From Iphione sp. A-MEVVRFRX5 (lineage: Eukaryota): a stretch of DNA of 64,000 nucleotides. A program made the position numbers and the translations under genes. Shown in pieces: positions 39,306 through 50,697 of this stretch. How positions within the stretch are numbered: the first letter of the stretch is position 1; each line of letters starts with the position of its first letter. The notes below the pieces were generated by a model. The model ran no database searches. It was not told the DNA's origin and saw nothing but the letters and a program-made list of their open reading frames with translations. Location: contig OZ320313.1 of the NCBI GenBank assembly GCA_976226885.1, positions 171,430,001 to 171,494,000 of the forward strand. Reading direction: 5' to 3'.

Positions 39306-39836
39306 AACACACACACACACATATACACACATGCATCAACTAAGCAGTGGGACATATCAATGAAGCGGCAGGACATTGTGATGTAATTTACAGGGAATTC
39401 CTCGTTGTATTCCCACTCAACTTTAAACAAACTAGGGCAACATGTCATATATTTCTAATGACAGGCCTTTTCCAAACATAGGCTATACACCAACAGCCTT
39501 CTAATCCCGAGTATGATTTCCTAATACATGAATGCATAAAAAATTATGTACTTTTTTCTTTAAAGATGTACTTTTTTCTTTAAAGACCACATTGTCGTGT
39601 CATGAGAGTTCTGTGGACTGGAACTACTTTCGGGAGACGTTTTTAATGTCACAATCACGAGGAGGGTTGATTAATTGAAGACCCACCCAGGTATGAGAAC
39701 GAGTGACTTGCCATTGAAAGGCCCGGCTCACCGTTATAACCTGGGCAGTGGCGCCCCCTCTTGGGTAACAGATCAGGTACTGCTAGCAACGGCCAGTACT
39801 CCGACAGTAATACATTACCTCTCAACCAAATCGTTA

Positions 39837-40185
39837 TGGCCCTGATCACGTGCCCGTATTTCTACGTATATCGCGACGGATCCGTAGACGTATTTTACCC
39901 ATAGTATAGAAATCCTGTAGACCATTCAGATGTACACTACACATGTATTTGTCTACGGACACCTTACGCATACGGATGTGTCTACGGACACCTTACGCGT
40001 ACGGATGCGTACCAACCCGCCGAGGATGGATTTTCTATGGCCACAGATGCATAATCCATAGGAACCAATGGTGAAAGACATCTGGTTTATTGTGCTACAC
40101 TCAGCAGGAGGCATTCTACGTCTCCGGATCCGGAGACATAATTTTCATCCATATTACATACATGTATACACATGTGATAGGGCCC
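39837..40185. mobile_element. Related MITE-like element (~350 bp)
   Basis: TTA-TGGCCCTGATCACGTG ... CACATGTGATAGGGCCC-TAA. Internal CCATAGGAACCAATGGTGAAAGACATCTGGT is shared with copies near 21980, 29050 and 30050. Confidence 0.45.
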
Positions 40186-40742
40186 TAACTGGGGGTAATA
40201 AGGCGAGTATACGTCTAGGGACATGTATTGAGATTTTTGTTAGGCTGGAATACTCGTTGATAGTACCCCGATTGACGTTACTATCATTTCCTCCATTGAA
40301 ATAAAAAACAAAAAAAAAGATACATCATCGAGTGTCCAGGCCAGCTGAGAGAGGACTATATTCCCCGCAGTTCTCACATTCCCGATACTGATCATAGCGA
40401 TCAAGTAAAACTGAAGGTGTGTGTTTTCCTTCACGTTTATAAGTCTTGTTTGCGGCCCTGTGCCTCAGGCGGAGCTAGTTTCCCACTCGATCCCAATCTC
40501 GAAGTTGACGCTAACAAACCGTTTTAATGTGGATGGTATTCACACGTTTGTCCTGTTACATACAGGGATTTTTTTCTCTCTCCCTTTTTTTCCCTCCTCT
40601 TCTGGTCTTTTTTTTTTCTCTCTCGCACCACTCCCGTTGAGGATCTGATTTTCCAGCTAGGTGTACGAGACACGTTCTAGTTCACTCAGTTTGTGCGCAT
40701 GCGCCAAACCAGCCAAGCGCCTCCAAACGGCGGAGGTCAGCC

Positions 40743-40789
40743 ATGATTTACTACGAGACTAAAAATAAAACTTACTACGAAGCTATCAG
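40743..40789 (+). CDS. homer: Candidate Homer variable first exon V11 (MIYYETKNKTYYEAIR)
   Basis: gccATG ... ATC AG|GTGCGC, phase 2. NRF1-type palindrome GCGCATGCGC at 40695-40704. Confidence 0.5.
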
Positions 40790-41329
40790 GTGCGCAGTCG
40801 TAAAAGTTTTCTCTCTCTTTTTTTTCTCCCCCTTGCTATCTTAACTTCTGTTTCGACACCCGTTATTTTAACCCACACCGTGATGTGTCGTCCCATTCCC
40901 CCAGATCGACCCCTCGTGCCCGCGGGCAGTCTGACCTGGGAGACCAGGGGCGGCGGGGGGGGGGTTGGTTATTGGTAATTGTGGCCACTAGATGTCGCCG
41001 TGCTAGCATCCATCATATCGGCGGATAATGGAATATATATATGCATGATCACGTGATCACCGCCGCGGGGGACCGGGCCGCCGTCGACGATGTATGTCTC
41101 AATCATGTGTAGTTGGCAGGAGCAGATATAGTGATAGTATAGAAGCTATGTTTATCAATCAGTGGTACACGTAAAACCCTGCGTACATGTATATATTTAT
41201 ATCTATATACATATATATATCGGGACGTACCTCAAGATGTGAAACTGTATGAGTTCTGTTTCTTCATTCTGTGTACAAACTGCATGGTTGAATCTCTCTT
41301 TGGAAGTGTTAGTGGACAGAAATGTGCCA

Positions 41330-41700
41330 TAACCAACTCTCATTGTAACCAGCTCTCACTAGAACCAACTTGCACCGTAACCAACTCGCACTATAACTAA
41401 CTCACACCATGACCATCTCTATATAACCAACTCACACCATAACCAATTCACATCATAACCAGCTCACACCATAACCAGCTCACACCATGACCATCTCAAT
41501 ATAACTAACTCTCACCATAACTAACTCACACTGTAACCAAGTCACGCCATAAGCAACTCACACCATGACCGTCTCTATATAACCAATTCACACCATAACG
41601 AACTCACATCATAACCAAACTCACACCACAACCAGCTTTCACTATAACCAACGTTCACCATAACAATGTTTAAGTATGGCACACTCTCACTACCTGCATA
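41330..41700. repeat. 16-bp minisatellite (aaccaactcacaccat), reverse-complement relative of the 31-bp array
   Basis: The reverse complement atggtgtgagttggtt matches the core gagttggtYatgg of 31775-32385. Confidence 0.8.
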
Positions 41701-42249
41701 GCAAACTCTCACTGTAAAAACTGACCAACATGTTCACTTTAACCAACTCTTACCACAACAAACTCGCACGTTAACAAAACTTCCACCTTTCCACCTGGTG
41801 ACCCGTTATATTTTAAGTCTTACAACTCTCTAGATCTAACAGTGATTTGCTTGAAGTGGGGTAGATTTCTCCAGCTCTAGATTCTACCTTGAAGTCAAAT
41901 AATGCCAGATGGGGGGGGGGGGGGTGTTACACCATGTTTCCCGGTTGTACTAGTTGCATATAGAAACTGGGATGTATACGTATTTAAAGAAGACCGCTCT
42001 GTGGGCAACCATGTACCAGCATGAATATTTCATTTAAAAATATATACATGGCAGCCATTTAAGTCATTATTGTTTTCCCAAATGTCGATCTACCTCCTGC
42101 TGTAGAAGTAGGGCTATGATTGAGTGGAAAATGATGTGAATTGGTAAATGGCCCGCAAATCAGCAATGGCCGGAGAGTTTATATTTCAAGAGGGGGGTGG
42201 ACTTCTCAGCAAGATTTTTCATTTCATTTCATTGTATCTCTCACCAGGA

Positions 42250-42550
42250 ATATATTCATATATCATCATGTCAGAAATCTTCCATGTCCTCTTGAGGTGA
42301 CATATTTCCATCTATTATTGAGAATTTAGAGACCAGAATACCCGGGGTTGTCCCCTACTCTTATTTCGGACATGGTTCTGGGCTCATTGTTTGCATAGGA
42401 GACAGAATTCTATACACCCAAGTTGTAGACCACTCTAGGTTGGGGCTACAGTAAATCTGTCTGGTCTTGATCAAGAATCCCAGGCCCAAGATTGAACCTG
42501 CGACCTCTCAATCATTGGACCAGTGCACTACCACTGAGCTAACCCTCCAC
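42250..42550 (-). mobile_element. tRNA-derived SINE with Deu-domain-like core (DeuSINE/BflSINE-like)
   Basis: The minus strand reads GGGTTAGCTCAGTGGTAG (A box) ... AGGTTCAATC (B box) with a degenerate cloverleaf, then TAAGAGTAGGGGACAACCCCGGGTATTCTGG at about 42335-42365, resembling the DeuSINE conserved core as I recall it. Confidence 0.55.
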
Positions 42551-43159
42551 ACTAGATGAGAGCTAAAAATAAAGAGGCATCAGATAAGGCCAAATAAAAG
42601 AGAGAGAAGCCCCTAACCAAGTTAACCCTACTTCACGACCCGCGCCTTGCGCTCCGCTAAGTTTTAACAACCGGGGATGTGATTACGAGGGGGGCATGGT
42701 CTTCGTCAGTCGAAGTCGTTTAGAGAGTTGATATGGTTGGTTGTGAGGGGGTTAGGATCGGTAGATCTTTACAGTGATTAGTGTGCGTGTCGCCGGGACA
42801 CAGGGCAGCTGGCTTAAGCTCTATACCTGGAGTGGCTGGATCGCGGTGGGGGTCGGGGGCCGGGGGGGGGGCCCACGGTGTGGACCCCCCAGAGAAGGAA
42901 TGTTACAGGTAGACCTTAAACTCCCACAAATTGAGGGCCCGAGTAGCGAGGCGTTCTGCAGCAGCCCCCCCCCCCCCCCGCCCCCCGCCCCCTCCAGGTG
43001 ATATGATGCCTGCTAAACGGTACCACCAGCTTCTCCCGTGAAATTACCTCCGACGGAAAAGGTCAGACCGACCTCTCGTTACAGTACCGAGTCGGAATAG
43101 GTGTTAACCATTTAGAATATAGCATTCCAGCGCTGTACTGGTGGTGGTTTGCTTGAGAC

Positions 43160-43191
<32 letters not shown>

Positions 43192-45133
43192 GGGGCAAAA
43201 ATTCTGTGAAGAGAAGTAAATTACGTGAATGTCGTCTGTTGTTCAGAAGATTTCTAATATGACCACTCATTTATTTATTTGTTTTATTTATTTATAACAC
43301 GTGTTACTATAAATTATCCTGAAAAATTCGGAGTGCCCAGTATCAGTGCACCTACACATGTAAACACCCTAGTCGTAAAATGCACGTTTAAAACTCTTTG
43401 GTGCTGACAGTTATATACTCCAAAAACCTTTCGACATTTCTAAGCATCCACTCATGAGGAATTCCAGAATCTGTTGAAGCAATATGAAAAAAAAGAAAAG
43501 AAAGAAAGCTGGCAGCTCTGGTGAAGGACGGTGTAGTGAACAGGTGATTTCTCCCCCGCAGGTCACCCCCTCCTGACAGTAATATTAGAAAGAGACTGTT
43601 GGGGGGTGAGGAGGAGAGGGGGGCGTAGGAGGGGTTTATAGTACCAGGTATGGGAGAGGGGGGGGCGTAGGAGCGGGTTATAGTACCAGGTAGAGGGGTA
43701 GACTTGTCGGTGGCTGTGACGGATGACCACAGTACGTGTGGAGCATCAGCTCTCAGCGGTACAAGCCTGCTCATGTCCTTCCTCCCCCCCCACCCACCCC
43801 CCCCCCCACACACCCTGCTCTGCCCCCCCCCCCCCAACCTCCCGTACCCCGCAATTCTCATTGCCTCTACTGTTCGTACTGAATCCTCCAGTACCTGCGC
43901 TATGGGTAAAGCGGCGGCGGCGGTGGCAGCCGGGGGGGGGGGGGGGTAGCCTCGAACTTTACACCTGCCTGTAACTAGCAGCAACCTCCCCCCCTCCCCC
44001 CGGCCCTCTCCCCTTCCAATGTATACCGGGTACTCTTCCTCCCGCCGAGTCCGTGGGTGTAACATGGCCTACCGTTCCCGAACCCCACCTCCCCATCCGA
44101 CCACCCTCCTCCTCCTTCTTCCTCCGCCCTATACTAGAAGGACTGGAGGTATATAGTGAGAGCGAGGAGGCGGCGGCGGCGGCGGCGGCGGTGGCTGAAG
44201 TGGAGGGTGGTGGCTGGCATAGAGAGAGCGAGTTACTCGTACCCACTCAGTGCGCGGAGGAGAGTCAAACTCCCAGAGCAACTCGGGGGCGTCGACGTCG
44301 TCTCCTCCCACCGGACGGGACGGTTATATCGTCGCCGCCGCCGCCGCCGCCGCCGTCCGGCGTACACGGAGGTGAAGTATATACGTACAGAACATCACGA
44401 CCGTCCGCCCGACGACGACGATGAGGACATGACGGCAGATGCACGAGAGGCGAGCAATACGCCGGGCCACCACCTCCAGCAGCAAATCTAAGGCATTTGC
44501 ACGCTGTTTTATACCCCACAAACGCCCTTCAACTTACTCTGGTGGAGCTTAGGATATAGAGAGTAGAGAGAGAGAGAGAGAGATGTGTGTGTATCTACCT
44601 GCTTATAATGCAGCTAGCGCCACTGCGCCCACCACCCACGGAGGAGGAGGAGGAGGCTGCTGGGTTAGTGTAGCCAGTGGGGGAAGTCACCTGCTCGTAA
44701 TAGTGAAGGTGAACTGCTCACTTCTGCTCGTCTGTTGACAGTTGACTGCCTCAGAGGCAATATGGAGCTGGATGTACCCCCAGCAGCAGCAACAGCAGCA
44801 GGAGTAGGAGTACACGTATACCTTGTTGGGTGTGTACCTCGAGAGCGTATTTACCGGCAAGTACACGGGACGGGCAGTTGAATGTGGGGGCGTTATCAAG
44901 GCCCACCCGTCGTCGTCAGCCTTGGAGTAGCTCGACTGGGTCCCCCCCCCCGTGTGTGGGCCCCCCTCCCCACACCTCCCAGCCGCTCTCTGTGTGTGGA
45001 TGCTGGAAGGGTTTGCTTATTGACAGTGGGGTGGGGTTACGTCGCTGATACTATACGAGCAGCTCGATATTGAGGTAGGTACCGCGAGCAACTCTCTCTC
45101 TCTTTAGCTCGTGGGGAGGGGGCGGTCGCCGTC

Positions 45134-45996
45134 ATGATGGCGACCAGCCGGGTGGAGGAGGAGGAGGAAGTGGTGGATAGCGCTCAGACGATCCCCATCA
45201 AACTGAACCGGCCGCGCAGCCAGAGCGTCAACACAGACGAGCGGCTCCACCGTCTCGTGCTCAGCACCTTCCGGTCACCGTCGAGTCGCGGCGCTACGCC
45301 GACCCCGACACCGACGCCCTGGGCGCGGCCCGCCAGTCAGGCGACGGCGACCGCGGAAACTAACGGCCCTCGGCGGCAGGCGGCGGCACTGGTAGCCAAC
45401 TTCCGGTCGGCGGAGACGTCGTCGCCGACGTGGCGGCCGCGCTCGCAGGAAGCGCGCGCCAACACACTGCCAAAGACGAACTATGTGGCGCCCTTCTCGT
45501 TCGACCCCCCGCCGCGCCTTCAGATGTCAAGGTCAGCCTCGGAGACGCTGGGACTGGAGGTCGGGCCCGTCATCGAGTGCCCCCAGCCCCCTGCCGGCCG
45601 CCGCTTGCGACCGTCGTCCTCGTCGTCGCCCGTCTTCCGGTCCAAGGGGAACTTCCCCCGGACGGCGGCGGCGGCTCGGCCGCTGTCGGCCGTGTTCGGC
45701 CAGCAGTCGTGGAGCCCCGAGGACGGCGCGCCGGACGTCGGCGGCGGCGGCGGCGGCGGGGAGGCGGTGGTGCTGCGGACCAAGGCGAGCAGTCTCCCCC
45801 GGCAGGGCGTCTCGGCCAGCATGTGGCGGCAGAGCATGCCGTGCGGCGTCGGCGGCGGCGGCGGCGGCGGCGGAACCATGATGGCCGCCACGTCGGCCGA
45901 CGCGCTCCTCATGTCGCCCCCAGGAGACGACCGGTCGTCATCGTCGTCGACTTCCGGTTACAGCTGTATCACCGTCACCAAGCAGGGTGTCCACTG
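45134..45996 (+). CDS. homer: Candidate Homer variable first exon V12 (287 aa plus junction Trp; disordered, S/P/R-rich)
   Basis: Long GC-rich ORF from gtcATGatgg that stops immediately after CAC TG|GTAGGA. 863 nt = phase 2, in frame with C1 (...KQGVHW-EQPIF). Confidence 0.75.
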
Positions 45997-46254
45997 GTAG
46001 GAACCCACCCACCCCCGTCCCCTAACCCCCCCACCCACCCACCCATAAACATAAATCTTGCGTGTGTATTTAAGGTATTGCTTCTATTTACCCTCATTTT
46101 CTTCATGGGATAAACATTACAGATTTTCACCACCACCGTGTGACATATTTCAATATTAGCCAGTCAAGAAGAACTCCCAGTGTTAGGCAGTCACAGTCCA
46201 CATGTTAAGTGCTCGTTCTCGGTTTTTCATGGGTTCTCGATGGCTTTTAAAAAG

Positions 46255-46545
46255 TACACATTGACAAGTTAACATATATCTGTAAATTTATTGATCAGAT
46301 ATTTTCTTCGGTATTATCTGGTGGGTAAACCTACGCATATACATTGACAAATATAGTATTTGGACAATCATTACACGATGGATAAACCTACACATATACA
46401 TTGACAAATATAATATTTTGATGATTGTTACATGAGAGATAAACCTATGCGTATACATTGAAAGATAGAATACTTTGACAATCATTACATAGTGGATGAA
46501 AGACACAATATTTTGACGATCATTACACGATAGATAAACCTATGT
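46255..46545. repeat. ~58-bp degenerate tandem repeat
   Basis: gataaaccta...tatacattga recurs. Confidence 0.75.
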
Positions 46546-47941
46546 ATACATTAAAAGATGGAGTACTGTGACAGTCGTGATAGCACTTTTGGCCGGTCAG
46601 AACTCCTTGTAAATTTGAACGGTTTAATGTGATCCGTAAACGTCTGTCTACATGTACGTGGACATAATACGTCTGTGATGCATTGTATTATCAGAGGCAA
46701 TACAAGTCGTCTGTGCACATTTGGCACCTGAGGCCATCTCTGTGTCTTGCATGTCAAACAACAATTCGCCAGCTCAGTGACAGCCACCTGACAGGTCTAT
46801 TGAAAGTGACCGCCTGTAAGAGTCGTGACATAATAACATTGTGACATCTGGGATATATAGAATATAAAAGTGAAAGTTGCTGGTAATTCACCTGTCTACA
46901 TTTCACTGGCCTGGATTACCTGAGAAGTGCACCTGAGAAAATGAGGAGCACTCAAAATTCACGAGACTCCGGAGTGCAACTCAACTATGGAAGCCCTGAC
47001 AGATACATGTGCATATATGGTCACTTGCAACGAGACATACGTACACACGAGTACAATGCAGTGCTTTTTACAGATTTTAGAAATTTATTATATTTTTGTT
47101 GGTAATCCTCTGTCGGTTTCGCCTTGTCACGGTGTTAGTATTTTATTATCCTTTCAAGTTTTCCACAATTACGTTCACATGTAGCCCGGCCAGTGACCAC
47201 AGCACTGAATTAGCAGCTGATTATTGCTTGCGTTGTGACAGCATCAACAGACCCGGAGTACTGGTCAGGTAGAGAGATGCTCGCGCTGGTACCCTTTTAA
47301 CTTACGTAAACACGGGAGTAGAACCGCCGAGTACCAGCGAAGCCCGCGTTGTAAAGGGTAGGAGGTCGGTGTTTGTAAAACGTGGGCGGGGGCGGTCGCT
47401 GTTTGCCTGGCAGAAACATCGGCTCAGTTCTACCCACTAATAATACTAATAGCACTTCTCTCTACCTGCGAGGCCACCTGGTGGCCGACGTGTGCATATC
47501 GAAGGGGCATATTGATCACTCACCCCCCCTCCCCCCTCACCCCCTCACCCCCTCACCCCCAACCCCTTCCACAGCGCGAAGGTGCATAGCTTATTGTCGT
47601 TTATGGCCAATTTGTCACTTCACATCGTACCAATATTCCCCGCCGTTAATTGATGGAATATACATTCCCTTCGTCGTTTCCCATAGAAACTAGANNNNNN
47701 NNNNNNNNNNNNNNNNNNNNNNNNNNNNNNNNNNNNNNNNNNNNNNNNNNNNNNNNNNNNNNNNNNNNNNNNNNNNNNNNNNNNNNNNNNNNNNNNNNNN
47801 NNNNNNNNNNNNNNNNNNNNNNNNNNNNNNNNNNNNNNNNNNAAAAGAAAGATAAAAGGTCTCTTCCTGGACTAGGTAGCGCAGCGTTGGGATATACATG
47901 TACACGTGTACGTTAGACGCATGCGCACACATTCCACGGAC

Positions 47942-48039
47942 ATGGCGCGCGGGCTTCCGCCTGGCGTCTATAAACACCCCCACGTAACCATGGCAACAAG
48001 TGACTTTTCCCGGGACCTCCTCCACTCAATGGCTCGCCG
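47942..48039 (+). CDS. Candidate Homer variable first exon V13 (MARGLPPGVYKHPHVTMATSDFSRDLLHSMARR; alternative in-frame ATGs at 47990 and 48029)
   Basis: Three in-frame ATGs lead to CGC CG|GTACGT (phase 2). GTACGT is also the donor hexamer of constant exon C2. TATAAA at 47969-47974. Confidence 0.45.
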
Positions 48040-49584
48040 GTACGTCACCTCCTGCCTACCAAACGCGCACGATCCCGCCACGCCTGTTTCCTCCAGTCCG
48101 CCCCCACCAGAATCCCAAACACCATGCAGCAGCAGGGAAGGAGGAGGTGAACAAAGCCACCTCTAGACCAGCTAACCTCCGTCTTCGCAGGGAGGAGGGG
48201 CTTCAGGTACCTCGGGCCTACTCAGTACTACAAGGGTACTGTTAATAAAAATAAAAAAAACCTCAGCTGGTGTTTGTCCACATGTCAGTAACAAAATGTT
48301 TCCGGGGGACACAGGTGGAAATGATAAAGATTATATGTCAATATAAAATGGGTAGAAGGTTATAAATTCGGCACAGTTTGGCACGACCGGGGGGGGGGGC
48401 AGTCCTTGCCGATCTCTGGTACGAATAGTCCCCTCCTCCAGGGTTCCCCCAGGCTCCTCCAGGTTCCTCTGTCCGGAATGACTCCGACGTAGCGAGGGGG
48501 TGAAGGAGGAAGGGGAAGGGAGGGTGTCTGATAGAGGGGGAAACATTCTATAGACTGACAGCCAACAAGCCATAGCAGTCTTTATACGTGTACATGTAGT
48601 CCTATCAGAACCAACGGGCGGCGAACGAAAACCTTGTCCTGCTGACGTAGGGGGTGGTATGGCTCCCTCTATCAGATATTTATATCACAAAAGAATAGAA
48701 TAATTAGACTATATAGAAGCCAGCGAACTCGATTTCTCACTCTTTTTTTTCCATGTACTATTTGCTTTTAATCGTGCACAAGCTCCTATTGGTGGGTTCT
48801 CTGATAACAGAATGGGTGGGCCATCTGGATTGAGTCGAGAGCCCCCCCCGCCCCCCCCCGTCCGAACCCTCAACACATCCCCCCCTCCCCCTCCCCACGA
48901 CCCTATATTTTCCCTCACAGGGTGGTCCTAAACGTGTCGATAGTCTCTTAAGACTCTCAGATGATCTCATATAATAAGAAGCCTGTATATACCGCCCGCG
49001 TTCCCTGATAGAAACGCGATCTTTATGGGCCGATATTAGTTTTTTTTTTACTCTCCCGTGAACGCAAATCAATCATATTCTTGCCAACAGCAGCGGCCTG
49101 TGGTGATAAATGTGACTCTTCCTCTCTCCCTCAGTACCCTAATAAACGAAGTATCGACTGCTACCCCACCGCACCCCTCCACCGGCTTCGTTTTCTATCT
49201 GAACATCTACTCCCTCTGTTCTCGTAAATGCTTGTTATATTTTTGATGTAATGAGGTTGCTATAGCGGCCCGTGTGGTGCTACCGTTAAAAAAAAAAACA
49301 GGATCCTCATGTTTTCATGATGGAGGTGATAAAATCCGGGCTAATTAAAAAAAACAAGAAAAGTCCTAGCACAAGGTGTGCATAACTCTTTATCTGAGTG
49401 TCACCTTCCTCCGCTCCCGCGTTGGGCAGTAACTTACGTCCTCCCCCGTTACAGCATTCTTTCGTGTGTTTTTTTCTTTTTTCTTTTTTTTTTTAGTTTT
49501 TTTTATCACATTTCTTTTATGACTGTAATGAACGTTGTTAACATCGGCGCTAATCCTGTGTTTCTCTTTCTCCTTCTCGCCCAG

Positions 49585-49741
49585 GGAGCAGCCCATTTTC
49601 ACGACCAAGGCCCATGTCTTCCAGATCGACCCGAACACGAAGAAGAAATGGCTGCCGGCGAGCACCCAGGCCATCAACGTGTCCTACTACTACGACAGTA
49701 CACGCAACTCGTACCGCATCATCAGCGTCGAGGGCTCCAAG
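49585..49741 (+). CDS. homer: Homer constant exon C1 (EVH1 N-half; equivalent to vertebrate exon 2)
   Basis: Acceptor tttctctttctccttctcgcccag, then G+[52 protein letters not shown], then donor AAG|GTGAGT. This is the Homer EVH1 N-terminus. 157 nt, enters in phase 2 and exits in phase 0, as in vertebrate HOMER1 exon 2. Confidence 0.97.
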
Positions 49742-50697
49742 GTGAGTCAGATCTCTCCACTAAGGGGGTATTTACATGTATCTGTACACGCAACTCGTAC
49801 TGCATCATCAGCGTTGAGGGCTCCAAGGTGAGTCAGATCTCTCTGCTAAGGGGGTATTCACATGTATCTGTACACGCAACTTGTACTGCATCATCAGCGT
49901 CGAGGGCTCCAAGGTGAGTCAGATCTCTCTGCTAAGGGGGTATTCACATGTATCTGTACATGCAACTCGTACTGCATCATCAGCGTCGAGGGCTCCAAGG
50001 TGAGTCAGATTTCTCCACTGAGGGGGTGTTCACATGTATCCATTTGTGTAACTCGTACGGCATCATCAATGTCGAGCATCCCAAGGTGAGTCAGATATGT
50101 TCACTAAGGGGGCCTTCATATGTGTCTGTACACGCAACTCATACCGCATCTTCAGTGTCGAGCACCCCAAGGTGAGTCAGATATCTTCACTAAGGGGGTG
50201 TCCACATGTATCCGTATGCACAACTCGTACCACATCATCAGTGTCAAGGGTTCCAAGGTGAGTCAGATCTATCCACTAAGGGGGTGTTCACATGTATCCA
50301 TATGCACAACTTGTACCACATCAAAACCGTCGAGGGCTCCAAGGTGAGTCGGATCTCTCCAACTAAGGGGGTGTTCACATGTAACTGTACACGCAACTCA
50401 TAACCACATCATCAGCATCAAGGGCTTCAAGGTGAGTCAGATCTCTCTGCTAAGGGGCTGTTCACATGTATCTGTATGCACAACTCGCACAGCATCATCA
50501 GCGTCGAGGGCTCCTAGGTGAGTCAGATCTCTCTGCTAAGGGGGTGTTCACATGTATCTGTATATGCAACTCATACCACATCATCAGCATCGAGCATTCC
50601 AAGGTGACTCAGATCTCTCCACTAAGGGGGTGTTCACATATATCTGTACATGCAACTGGTACCACATCATCAGCATCCAGGGCTCCTAGGTGAGTCA
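49699..50697 (+). repeat. 86-bp tandem array (12 units) made of the 3' end of exon C1, its donor and the intron start
   Basis: Donor copies begin at 49742, 49828, 49914, 50000, 50086, 50172, 50258, 50344, 50432, 50518, 50604 and 50690. Confidence 0.95.

Noticed and set aside
42478-42550. Functional tRNA gene on the minus strand
   Set aside because: The A and B boxes are present but the anticodon and T stems do not pair, and it is followed by a SINE-like body.
49699-50697. 86-bp array as a CRISPR array
   Set aside because: Eukaryotic intron; units are near-identical along their whole length with no unique spacers and no cas genes. It derives from an exon end.
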